A stretch of 63,988 nt of DNA, counting the filler, from Sandaracinaceae bacterium (lineage in GTDB: Bacteria > Myxococcota_A > Polyangia > Polyangiales > JADJQN01), in NCBI GenBank assembly GCA_947483975.1. It is 9 parts of 9 records of this genome, joined end to end, with 100 filler letters (N's around TTAATTAATTAA, not from the genome) between each part and the next. Parts side by side here need not be neighbours in the genome. Positions count along the whole stretch, not along the records: positions 37,381 to 44,625 come from CANKOL010000273.1; positions 44,726 to 51,940 come from CANKOL010000274.1; 7 more parts are not named here. The stretch is one strand, 5' to 3'. A model generated the notes under the pieces. It was given only the letters and a program-made list of their open reading frames with translations, ran no database searches and was not told the origin of the DNA. Position numbers and translations under genes: made by a program. Shown here one piece after another: positions 39,135 to 49,073 of the stretch. Numbering within the stretch: the first letter of the stretch is position 1; each line of letters begins with the position of its first letter.

Positions 39135-42100
39135 GGCTTCGACTCCGTCGTCTGCGCAGGCTCCTCGTGCGAGGCAGAGGGTGGTGCGGGCGGCGCTGGA
39201 GCGGGCACGCCCGCGCGCTCGGTGGTCGCGATCGCGTACATCTCGCCGTGCTCGTTCAGCAGCGCCGTCGCGGTCATCATCACGTCGAGTGTGACACCCG
39301 CCTTGGTCAGGCGCTGCGTCGGATACGGCACGAGCACCTCCGCGCGGCTGAGCTCGCGCACCTTCGCGAGGGCGTCCCCGCGGCGCCCCTGCGGGATGCG
39401 CTCGCGCACGTTCATCGCGAGCGCCTCGGCCTCGGTCCAGCCGTACATCCGCACGGCCCCCGGGTTCCACGCGAGCGTGCGGCCCTCGAGGTCTTGCACG
39501 GTGATCGCGTCGTTCGCGTCGCGCACGACGACCGCGAGGCGGGCTAGCTCGTTCGCCTGTTTGAGCGCGTGCTCGACGCGCTTCATCTCGCTGATGTCCA
39601 CGAACGTGATCACGGCCCCCTCGATCACGTTGTCGAGGGTCCGATAGGGGCGAATGCGCATCATGAACCACCCGCCGCCGCGGGCCTGCACCTCGGTCTC
39701 GAGGGGGATCAGCGTGTCGAGGACGGTCTGCGCCTCTGCCGCGAGGCGCTCGTGGTCGACGAGGTTGGTGACGAGGTGCCCGACCGGCCGCCCGACGTCG
39801 CCGGGGATCAGGTTGATCAGCTGAGCGGCGGTCGGCGTGAAGCGCATGATCCGCAGCCGGCGGTCCACGAACACCGTCGCGATGCCCGTCCCGGACAGCA
39901 GGTTGTTCATGTCGTTGTTCGTCCGCGACAGCTCCGTCACGCGCGTGTGCAGCTCGGTGTTGACCGTCGTCAGCTCCTCGTTGACCGAGTGCATCTCCTC
40001 TTTGGCGGTCTCGAGCTCTTCGTTGGACGACTGCAGCTCCTCGTTGACGGATTGCAGCTCTTCGTTCGCGGACTTGAGCTCCTCGTTCGAGCTCTCGAGC
40101 TCCTCGTGCGTGCTGCGGAGATACTCGTCCTTGGCGCGCAGCTCCTGGTTGAGCGTCGCGATGTACGCCTTCAGGTCGGCGTCCGCGGGGGTCACGGCCG
40201 CGCCGGGGGCCGGAGGCGCCGGAGCTTCGACCGTCGGCGCCGGCTCGAGGATGACGAGGAAGAGGGGCGAATCTGCGGGCGCAGGGCTCTGCGTGAGGGG
40301 GTGCACGCTCAACTGCACGGCGGTGTAGTGGCCGTTCGTCTTGACGCGCGGGCAGTGCGCGCTGACGGACTCGCCGCCGCTCGCCGCGCGATGCAAGGCG
40401 TTGGAGAGCTCGAGGCGCAGCCCCTCGCGGGACATCTGCAGGATGTTGTTGATGCCCGCCTCGCCGGGCGCCGGCTCGAGGTAGAGGCCCGTGCGCCCAT
40501 GCAGGTAGAGGACATCGCCCTGCCGGTTGACGAGCGCGGCGGCGGGCGCGAGGCGCTGCAGGAGCGCCTGCTCGGTCAGGTCGCGGAGCGGCAGCTTCGC
40601 GGGCGGGGTGTGCTTCTCCGCGCCGCGGGGGGTCGCCGCCTGGACGGCGGTCATCGGCGGCAGAAAGCGCCCGAGCGCGGCGCGGTGCGCGGCGTAGACG
40701 TCGTCGCGGCGGCGGAAGAGCTTCGCCTTGCGGTCGAGGGTCGTGAAGAGGTCGAGGAACTCGCCGACGCCCTCGGAGGTGCCGAGGAAGAGCACGCCGT
40801 GCGGGTTGAGCGCGTAGTGAAAGAGCGGGACGAGCTTCTTCTGGAGGTCCGCGCCGAGGTAGATGAGGAGGTTGCGGCAGCTGATCAGATCGAGCTTGGA
40901 GAACGGCGGGTCCTTGATCAGGTCGTGCTCCGAGAACACGAGCATGTCGCGGAGGCTCTTGTGCACGCGGTAGGCGCTGCCGTCGGGCTCGAGCGTGAAG
41001 AAGCGGGCGAGGCGCTCGGGGCTGACGTCGGCCGCGATGCCGATCGGATACAGCCCGGCGCGCGCGACGGCGATCGCGCGGCTGTCGAGGTCGGTCGCGA
41101 AGATCTGCACCGATTGCGCGCGCTGGAGCGTCTCCATCGCCTCGGTGACGAGGATCGCGAGCGTGTACGCCTCCTCGCCCGTCGAGCAGCCCGCGGACCA
41201 GAGGCGGAACACGGCGCCGCGCGATTTCTCGGCGAGGAGCTTCGGGAGCACCTCGTGCTCGAGCGCGTGAAACGCCTCTGGGTCGCGGAAGAAGCCCGTG
41301 ACGCCGATCAGCAGATCCCGGAAGAGCGCCTCGACCTCGGCGGGCGTCTTCTGGAGGAACTGCACGTAGTCGTCGAGCGCCTCGAGCTGATGGACGGCCA
41401 TGCGCCGGTCGATGCGGCGGTGGATCGTGCGCGACTTGTACTGCGAGAAGTCGTGCCCCGTCTGCCCGCGCAGCAGGATGAAGACCTTGCGCAGCGCGTC
41501 CTCGCTCTTGGGCGAGGCGGTGCCCGTCGCGCGCGCGTGCGCGCCGAACGCGTGCGCGGCGTACTTGAGCAGCTCCGCGGGCATCTCGCTCGGGGGCAGC
41601 TCGTGGTCGACGAGGCCCGTCGCGAGCGCGCTCCGAGGCATCCCGTCGAACTCGGTGGTGGCGGGCGTCTGCGCCATGACCATGCCGCCCTCGGCCTTGA
41701 TCGCGCGCACGCCGAGCGTGCCGTCGCTGCCCGTGCCCGAGAGCACGATGCCGATCGCGCGCTCCTGCTGATCCTGCGCGAGCGAGCGGAAGAAGAAGTC
41801 GATCGCGAGCCGCTGCCCGCGCGGCTCCGTCGGCTCGAAGAGCTGCAGGGCGCCGTTCAAGAGCGCGAGGTCGTGGTTCGGCGGGATGATGTAGACGGTG
41901 TTGATCCGCACCGGCATCCCGTCCTCGACCTCGAACACCGGCATCCGCGTGTAGTGCCGGAGCAGGTCGCCGAGGAGGCTCTTGTGGTCGGGCGCGAGGT
42001 GCTGCACGAGCACGAACGCCATGTTCGGGGGGCCGTCGGCGGGCATCCCCGAGAAGAACGCCTCGAAGGCGGCGAGCCCGCCGGCGGAGGCGCCGATCCC

Positions 42101-42190
42101 GACGATCGGGAAGTCCACGGTTCGACTCGGGGTCGAGGCCTCGTCGGAGGTCACCGCCGGCTCCGTCTCTGGCGCTGCTGCGTCGGTCAT
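39131..42190 (-). CDS. CheB methylesterase-CheR methyltransferase-coiled coil-PAS fusion
   Basis: CheB GASAGG, VQHL, LSGTGSDG; CheR VTGFFRD, WSAGCSTGEEAY, CRNLLIY; NEELQS repeats; PAS. Confidence 0.95.
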   Translation of the reverse strand: MTDAAAPETEPAVTSDEASTPSRTVDFPIVGIGASAGGLAAFEAFFSGMPADGPPNMAFVLVQHLAPDHKSLLGDLLRHYTRMPVFEVEDGMPVRINTVYIIPPNHDLALLNGALQLFEPTEPRGQRLAIDFFFRSLAQDQQERAIGIVLSGTGSDGTLGVRAIKAEGGMVMAQTPATTEFDGMPRSALATGLVDHELPPSEMPAELLKYAAHAFGAHARATGTASPKSEDALRKVFILLRGQTGHDFSQYKSRTIHRRIDRRMAVHQLEALDDYVQFLQKTPAEVEALFRDLLIGVTGFFRDPEAFHALEHEVLPKLLAEKSRGAVFRLWSAGCSTGEEAYTLAILVTEAMETLQRAQSVQIFATDLDSRAIAVARAGLYPIGIAADVSPERLARFFTLEPDGSAYRVHKSLRDMLVFSEHDLIKDPPFSKLDLISCRNLLIYLGADLQKKLVPLFHYALNPHGVLFLGTSEGVGEFLDLFTTLDRKAKLFRRRDDVYAAHRAALGRFLPPMTAVQAATPRGAEKHTPPAKLPLRDLTEQALLQRLAPAAALVNRQGDVLYLHGRTGLYLEPAPGEAGINNILQMSREGLRLELSNALHRAASGGESVSAHCPRVKTNGHYTAVQLSVHPLTQSPAPADSPLFLVILEPAPTVEAPAPPAPGAAVTPADADLKAYIATLNQELRAKDEYLRSTHEELESSNEELKSANEELQSVNEELQSSNEELETAKEEMHSVNEELTTVNTELHTRVTELSRTNNDMNNLLSGTGIATVFVDRRLRIMRFTPTAAQLINLIPGDVGRPVGHLVTNLVDHERLAAEAQTVLDTLIPLETEVQARGGGWFMMRIRPYRTLDNVIEGAVITFVDISEMKRVEHALKQANELARLAVVVRDANDAITVQDLEGRTLAWNPGAVRMYGWTEAEALAMNVRERIPQGRRGDALAKVRELSRAEVLVPYPTQRLTKAGVTLDVMMTATALLNEHGEMYAIATTERAGVPAPAPPAPPSASHEEPAQTTESKP

Positions 42191-42279
42191 CGCGAATACC
42201 TTTCAAGCGGCGCAGGCGCCCGGCGCCGGGCCAGCGAAGCGGGAGCGTACGCGCATCTGGACGGTGTGTTGGGCAATCG

Positions 42280-43161
42280 TCAGCCCAACGCGCCGAATCC
42301 GACGGAGAAGCCCATCGTGAAGCGGGCGTTGACGTCGCAGCACGCGCAGAACGCGGTCTGGTCGGGACTCGCGCGGTAGCGGAACGCGTCGATGCCGAAG
42401 GGGCCGAAGTAGCCGATCGCGGTCAGCGCGGCGGCGGCCTCCTCGAGGGCGGCGCGCAGGGCGGCGCGCTCGGCGTCGGCGAGGTCGTCGGGTCGCGCGA
42501 GGCGCGAGGCGCGCCAGGCGTCGCCCGCGTCGACCTCCTGGGTCGTTGGGGCTCCAACGACCAGCGCGCCGTCGGGGGCGAGCGTGCCGTGCTGCGCGAA
42601 GTCGGCGACGCGGTCGAGCCAAGGCGTCACCTCGACGCCGCCCGTCTTGCGGAGCGCCGCGTCGAGCCAGGCGAGGTCGGCGTCGCGCACCTTCTTGGCC
42701 GGGATGCGTCGATGGCCGCGCCCCGCCGCGCCGTAGCCGCGCTTGCAGAGCCAGAGCGGCCCCGGCGCGGGGCGGTTGAGCGCGAGCAGCGCCTCGTCGC
42801 GCGTGCGGACGAAGCGCGCGCCCTCGAGCCTCGGCAACAGCAGCGAGCGCTCGTTCGCGCGCTGCAGCACGGCGAGCGAGGGCGCAGCGGGGACCTCGCA
42901 GCCGCTCTCCGCGAGGCGACGCAGGGCGTACGGCGTCGGCATGAACGCGGCGCCGCGGAGGCCGCGCGCGGGGCGGTCGTTGCGCACGCCGACGTCCCCG
43001 TCGAGCACGACGTCGTCGTCCCGCACGAGCCCAGAGAGCCTGCCGCGCGCCGCGTACTCAGCGCGCTTGGCGAGCGCCGGCGGGCGATACAGCGCGCCGC
43101 GCGCGAGCTCGTCCTCGGAGTCGAGGTTCAGGACCCAGGCGACTGGCGGCCCCGCGCGCAC
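42280..43161 (-). CDS. ATP-grasp-like hypothetical protein
   Basis: WLCKRGYGAAGRG, VEVTPWLDR..DF, YFGPFGIDAF, DVNARFT; starts 1 nt after the DUF455 stop. Confidence 0.65.
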   Translation of the reverse strand: MRAGPPVAWVLNLDSEDELARGALYRPPALAKRAEYAARGRLSGLVRDDDVVLDGDVGVRNDRPARGLRGAAFMPTPYALRRLAESGCEVPAAPSLAVLQRANERSLLLPRLEGARFVRTRDEALLALNRPAPGPLWLCKRGYGAAGRGHRRIPAKKVRDADLAWLDAALRKTGGVEVTPWLDRVADFAQHGTLAPDGALVVGAPTTQEVDAGDAWRASRLARPDDLADAERAALRAALEEAAAALTAIGYFGPFGIDAFRYRASPDQTAFCACCDVNARFTMGFSVGFGALG

Positions 43162-43162
43162 T

Positions 43163-44017
43163 TCACCACTCCGGCGTCCAGGCGGCGAGCGCGTCGAGGA
43201 AGGTCGCGTCGAAGCCGGCGGCGAGGCGCGCGTCGCGGGCGAGCGCCTTGCCGCGAAAGAGCAGCGGCGAGAGCGGGCGCGGCAGCACGGCGCGCCACGC
43301 GTCGAAGTCGAGCGGCCCACGGAACTGCTCGAACCAGTGCCGCGCGAAGCGGCAGTGCGAGCGCTCGTCCTGCCCGATCTTCTCGACGATCTCGGCCGCG
43401 CGCTCGTCACCGGCGCCGCGGAAGCGCTCGGCGAAGCGCTCGACGTGATCGAGGTTCACGCCCTCGAAGCCGATGCCCATCACGGCGACGAAGGTCGCGG
43501 GCTCCTGCGCGGCGGGGATGCGCTCCCAGAACCAGTCGCGCACCGGGAACGCGCCGACGTGCGAGCCGAGGAGCGGCAGATGCTCGGCGTAGAGGCGCAG
43601 GTGCTCGGTCTCCTCGACGGCGACCGCGCCGAGCCCGCGGCGAAAGGCGTCGGGCGTGTCGGGGAACGCGAGGAGCGCCCAGCAGAACAGCTCGGCGGCC
43701 TGCAATTCGTGGTGCAGGAAGGTGTGCACGAGCTCCGCGCGGCGAGCAGGGTTGCGGAGCGCCTCGATGCTCGGCGTCTTGCGCGGGCGCGCGCCGCCCG
43801 AGCGCAGCACGGAGGGGCGCCCCGGCTGCGCGAGGCGGCGAGCGGGCGCGGACGCTTCGAGCAGGCGAGGCGGCATGGGCGGCGAGAGCTTGTGCGCGAG
43901 GTCGGTGCTCGTGACGTAGTCGAACGCCCAGCGCTCGAGCGTGCCGGCGGGCGGCGCGGCGATGGGCGCGGCGGGCAGAGCGGGCGCGGTCGGCAATGAA
44001 GAAGCGGGCGCGGACAT
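43163..44017 (-). CDS. DUF455 ferritin-like di-iron protein
   Basis: HTFLHHELQAAEL, EETEH, FEGVNLD, DERSH...WF. Confidence 0.85.
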   Translation of the reverse strand: MSAPASSLPTAPALPAAPIAAPPAGTLERWAFDYVTSTDLAHKLSPPMPPRLLEASAPARRLAQPGRPSVLRSGGARPRKTPSIEALRNPARRAELVHTFLHHELQAAELFCWALLAFPDTPDAFRRGLGAVAVEETEHLRLYAEHLPLLGSHVGAFPVRDWFWERIPAAQEPATFVAVMGIGFEGVNLDHVERFAERFRGAGDERAAEIVEKIGQDERSHCRFARHWFEQFRGPLDFDAWRAVLPRPLSPLLFRGKALARDARLAAGFDATFLDALAAWTPEW

Positions 44018-44133
44018 CCGTCGGAGTGTCGCTCGGCGCCGGATTACGGCAAGGTGCACGGGTCGGTCGCCCTCGAAGAGCGGACGCGAGGGAACATGGA
44101 ACTTTCGGCGAGCGTACTCGTCTACACGCGGCG

Positions 44134-44625
44134 ATGAGCACAGCGGATCCCGACACAGGCGGCGAGAGCATCGGGCTTCCGCGGCCGATCGAGGCGGCCG
44201 TCGCGCGCGTGCGCAGGCAGCGAAACGCCTGGCATGGGCTCGACGCGCTGCTCGTCGGGGCGTCGGTGGGCGTGCTCGCGGGGGCGCCCGTCGCGGCGGT
44301 GCTGCTGCTCGCGGAGCTGCCGATGCAGACGGCGATGCCGCTCGTCGGAGGCGTCGCGGCGGTCGCGGCGCTCGTCAGCGGGGCGCTCGCGTATCGCAGG
44401 CGTCGAGCGGATACGGGCACGGCGGCGCGCCTGCTCGACGGGCTGACCGACGGCAAAGATCGGTTCGTCTCGGCGCTCGAGTTCGCGGCGCTGCCCGCGC
44501 CGAGCGCGCTCCATCGCCTGCAGGTGAAGGAGGCGGAGACGTTCCTCGAGCGGGCGGGCGTGGTCGCCGCGCCGGTGCGCCCGGGGCTCGTCGGGCCGCG
44601 CTTTTTGCTCGCGGCGCTGGTCGCG
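44134..44625 (+). CDS. Hypothetical membrane protein; 3' partial
   Basis: Two TM segments, then AARLLD..KDRFVSALEF; open to the contig end. Confidence 0.65.
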
Positions 44626-44725
44626 NNNNNNNNNNNNNNNNNNNNNNNNNNNNNNNNNNNNNNNNNNNNTTAATTAATTAANNNNNNNNNNNNNNNNNNN
44701 NNNNNNNNNNNNNNNNNNNNNNNNN
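44626..44725. other. Artificial contig linker
   Basis: N-run with TTAATTAATTAA. Confidence 0.99.
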
Positions 44726-47700
44726 AAGAAGCCGAGGGCCGCGAGCGAGGCGAGGATGACGAGCCACACGGTCGGGCTCCAGGCGCGTGCCTCGGGCGCG
44801 ACGGACACCGGCGGAGCGCTCGGGGGCTGCGGCTTCCGGCTCGGGGCCGCTGACTTTGGGTTCGCCGCGGACGGCGTTTCGCTCGCCGACTCGGCCTTCG
44901 CCGCCGGCTTCTCGCTCGCCGACTCGGCCTTCGCCGCCGGCTTCTCGCTCGCCGACTCGGCCTTCGCCGCCGGCTTCTCGCTCGCCGACCCGGTCTTCGC
45001 GGCCGGCTTCTCGCTCGCCGACTCGCCCTTCGCGGCCGGCCGATCGCTCGCTGGCGCGGTCGACGCGTCTACCGGCAGATCGATCCGGGCGGACCCCGAG
45101 GGCCCCTCCTCGAGGAGCTTGCTCGCTGCTGGCGGCAGTCGGTCCGCCGCGGCCTTCTCGCGGGTCATGCGACGCGTCTCAGCGACGATTTGACCAGTAT
45201 TTTCCTCTACGCCGAGCCACTCGAGGCTCGAGGTGCCGGGGGCTGAGCGCGCCTTCGCCGGAGTGGATGGCGGGTGAGCGTGGCTCGCCTCGTGCGGGAG
45301 CGGTTCGAGGACGCCGACGCCATCGCTCTCCGCGCTCTGCTCGTCGCCGTCCGCGTCGGCCTCGTCGTCGTCGTCTTCGAGAGCGGGCGGTGGGGAGGAC
45401 TGCTTCGGGCTGCTGGTGTGCAGCTCCCCCGGCGTGTCGGTGCGTGCGGCGAAGGCCTCCGCCACCCGATCTTCGTTGGCCGCCCCGCGCACGCCGACGA
45501 GCGCGCCGCGCCGCGCGAGATCGATGAGCACGGCCTCGAGCGCCTGCGGAGCGACCTCCCCTGCGACGATGAGCCGGCGCGGAGTCGCGCCGCGGCGGAG
45601 GCGCTCGACGACGGCGCGCGACGGCTCGGGCGAGGTGCTGAGCAGCGAGGCGAGGACGTCGTCGTCGAACTCCATGCGGTCGGCGAGCGGCAGCCAGGTG
45701 CCGCTCACCGCGTCGACCAAGGCCCCGAGTTGATGCGTGCCGCGCTCGAGGAGCGCACGGAAAGGCTCCTTGAACATGGGGCGAATCGCCACGTCACTCG
45801 CGACAGCGGTGAAGCGTCCGGCCGTCGCGCCGAGGAGCTGCCTCAGCGCGGCGTCGCCGCGCACGAACGACCCGTCCGTCGCGGTCCGCGTGAGGTGCAC
45901 GAGGTTGCCGTCGCGGAGGTCGATCTCGAAGAGATTCCACGCGTCACGCACGGTCAGGCGCGCGTTCGGCGTCACCTGCGCGACCGTGCTGAGCACGTTC
46001 TGGATGCCGATGCGCTCGAGCGAGCCGCGCACCTCGCCGCCCGTGCGCAGCTGCGCCTCGAGGCGAGCCCGCGGTCGCAGCACATCACGCACGCGCGAGA
46101 GGATCTGCGCGCTGCCCGCCTCCTTGCGCAGGTAGCCGCTCGCGCCGGAGTGCAGATCGCGCATGCGCTGGATGAGGTCTTCCTTCCACGACAGGAGGAT
46201 GACGGGGATGCCCTCGAGCGCGGGATCCCGCTGGATCTCGCGGCAGAGCGCGAAGCCGTCGATGTGCGGCATGAGGATGTCGCTGACGACGACGTCGACG
46301 CGACGCCCGCGGAGCCGCGCGAGCGCCTCACGCCCGTCCGCCGCCTCGAAGACCTCGGCGCCCGCCTCGCGGAACAAGCCGGCGAAGAACCAGAGCACGG
46401 CGGGGTCATCGTCGACGACGAGGATGTGCCGACCATCGAGCGAGACTTCCGTCGCCGCTTCGTCAGCCGCCGCGTCCTCTTGGTCGACGAGCGCCATCAC
46501 CGCGGGGCCGCCCCGACGCGGCAGGTCGCGGAAGCGCACGCGCCCGCTGGAGCGAGCAGCGACGTGCGCTCGCACGCGCGCGATCGCCGACCAAGCCGCT
46601 GCGAGCACCTCGGAGCCGTCGCCGAGCGGAACGGAGATGTCGCCGCCCGACTCGATCGAGCCGACGAGCCCATCGCGGATCTCCGCGGCGAGCCGGTCGG
46701 CGACCTGCGCGAGCGTGACGGAGCCGAGCGCTTCGATGCCGCCGCGCGCTCCTCTCGCGCCGACGAGCTCGGCGATCGTGCGCACGACCGTCTGTGGGTC
46801 GACGGGCTTCGCGATGGCGTCGTCCGCGCCGAGCGCGCGCGCGGCGATCGGGTCGACCGCCGTGCCCGGCGGCACGAGCATGATGATCGGGACGAAGTCG
46901 GTGAGCGGATCGTTGCGCAGCCGCGCGACGAAGTCCGAGCCGGCGCGCGTCAGCGCCGCGCGATCGACGAGCACGACGTCCGGCGCGCTCGAGCGCGCGA
47001 GGCGCAGCGCCTCTTCCGGCGAGGAGCTCCCGAGCAGCTCGTAGGTGTCGACGGGGAGCGCACCGCGGACCTGCGCCTGGGACTCCGCGACGTCGAGCAC
47101 GAGGACGCTGACGACGGCGCCGTAGACCCCGCCGCCCGTCGGCGCGGGCGCGCTCGCGGCGGTGCGGGGCGCGGGCTGCTGCGAGGCTGAGACGGCCTTC
47201 TTCTCGAGCTGAACGCGCGCGACGGCCGTCGGGGTGACGCTCGCGGCGGGCGGCTCACGCTCTGCCGCTTGAGCGAGCGGGGCGCGCGCCCCCGGGAGCG
47301 TCGTCGCCGTCTCGTCGGAGTCGTCGGTCTCGGCGGCGTCCTCGTCCTCATCGGCCGCCTCGGGCGGCGACGAGCGATAGAGCCCATCGGTCGTCGGCGC
47401 CGGGCGGAGCGTGGGCGGCGGCGGCACGGACGCGCGGCGAACGCCGTACAAGGAAGCGCCGAGCGTCGGCAGCGTCGCCGCGAGCGAGGCGAGCGCGTCG
47501 AGGTCGCCCGTCGTCAGCGCGCGCTTCTCGTCGCGCGACGCGTCGATGCGCTGGATGCAGTCGCGGAGCGCGTCGGCGAGCGGCTCGATGCGGAAGACCT
47601 GGGCCGAGGCGTAGAGCGCGTGGAGCCTCCGCCGCATCTCCTCGCGCGGTCGGTCCGAGCCCGGCGCAGCGAAGAGCAGCGCGACGGCGCCCTTCAGTTC

Positions 47701-47781
47701 CGTCGCCTTCCGAGCCAGGCCCTCGACGAAGCGCGCACGCGCGATTCCGAGCGCAGTGTCCTTGCGGGTGCCATCGCTCAT
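44726..47781 (-). CDS. Multidomain response regulator (Hpt-like + two receivers + DUF4388-like + low-complexity linker + TM); 3' partial
   Basis: RRLHALYASA helix bundle; degenerate REC1; canonical REC2 (VVDDD, SDILMP, RK); RGSL..IG...G.LVH region; TM at the contig end. Confidence 0.8.
44881..45040. repeat. 33-bp tandem repeat x~5 (coding EKPAAKAESAS)
   Basis: Unit gctcgccgactcggccttcgccgccggcttctc at 44881, 44914, 44947, 44980 and 45013. Confidence 0.95.
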
Positions 47782-47884
47782 AACGCGGCGCAGTGTAGTC
47801 GAGATTCACAGCGCCGCCCTCCTTTCCGCCGTGCGTGTAAGGCGACCGGGTGCGGCGAGGCCTCAGACGTGTCATCAAGGCGCC

Positions 47885-49039
47885 GTGCAGTTCGTCGACG
47901 AAGTCCTGGTAGAGGTCCACGCGGGCAATGGCGGCAACGGAGCCGTGGCATTTCGACGCGAGCGTTACATCCCCTTTGGCGGTCCTTCGGGCGGCGATGG
48001 CGGGCGCGGCGGGGACATCGTCCTCGTCGCGGACACCCGCCTGACGACGCTCCTCGACCTGCGCTACCGGCGCAAGGTCGACGCGAAGGGCGGCGAGAAC
48101 GGGCGTGGCAGCGATATGTACGGCCGCGGCGGCGTCGACCTCGAGCTGCGCATCCCGCCGGGCACGCAGGTCTTCGACGCGAAGACGGGCGAGCTGATCG
48201 TCGACCTCGCGACGATCGACGAGCGCTTCGTCATCGCGAAGGGCGGACGCGGCGGGCGCGGCAACCTGCACTTCGCGACCTCCTACGATCGCGCGCCGCG
48301 GCGCAGCGAGCCCGGTGAGCCCGGCGAGCTGCGGCAGCTTCGCCTCGAGCTGAAGCTCCTCGCGGACGTCGGGCTGCTCGGCTATCCGAACGTCGGCAAG
48401 AGCACGTTCATCGCGTCGGTCTCGCGCGCGCGGCCGAAGATCGCCGACTATCCGTTCACGACGCTCGTGCCGAACCTCGGCGTCGCGTCGCTCGGCGAGG
48501 AGCGCAACTTCGTCGTCGCCGACATCCCCGGCATCATCGAGGGCGCGAGCGAGGGCGCGGGGCTCGGCCTCCGCTTTCTCAAGCACATCGAGCGCACGCG
48601 CGTGCTCTTTCACATCGTCACGCTCGATCCCGAGCCGAAGCGCTCGCCGGGCAAGGACTTCGACACGCTCATGGAGGAGCTGCGCAAGTTCGACGAGGCG
48701 CTCGCGGGCCGCCCGATGATCGTCGGCGTCAGCAAGATGGACCTGCCCGACGTCCAGGCGGCGCTGCCGAACCTCAAGCGTCAGATGAAGCGCCGCGGGC
48801 ACACGGTGATGCCGTTCAGCGCGGCGACGGGCGAAGGCGTGCGCGAGGTGCTCGAGGCGATGGAGACGATCCTGCGCGAGAACCCGATCGCGCCCGCCCC
48901 GCGCAACAAGCCGCTGCCGCCCCGCAACCGCACGCGCGCCGCCGCGGAAGAAGAGACGCCGGCCGACGAAGAAGAGCCGTACGGCATCTACGTCAAGCCC
49001 GGCCAAGTGCCGAACGACGGCCTCGACGACGAGGGCTGA
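47885..49039 (+). CDS. obgE: GTPase ObgE/CgtA
   Basis: FVDEV..GNGGNG..FRRE, GGDGGRGG, LELKLLADVGLLGYPNVGKST, DYPFTTL, DIPG. Confidence 0.97.
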   Translation: MQFVDEVLVEVHAGNGGNGAVAFRRERYIPFGGPSGGDGGRGGDIVLVADTRLTTLLDLRYRRKVDAKGGENGRGSDMYGRGGVDLELRIPPGTQVFDAKTGELIVDLATIDERFVIAKGGRGGRGNLHFATSYDRAPRRSEPGEPGELRQLRLELKLLADVGLLGYPNVGKSTFIASVSRARPKIADYPFTTLVPNLGVASLGEERNFVVADIPGIIEGASEGAGLGLRFLKHIERTRVLFHIVTLDPEPKRSPGKDFDTLMEELRKFDEALAGRPMIVGVSKMDLPDVQAALPNLKRQMKRRGHTVMPFSAATGEGVREVLEAMETILRENPIAPAPRNKPLPPRNRTRAAAEEETPADEEEPYGIYVKPGQVPNDGLDDEG

Positions 49040-49073
49040 CGCGCGTCGGGCGCTCGGCACCCGCCGCGGCGCC

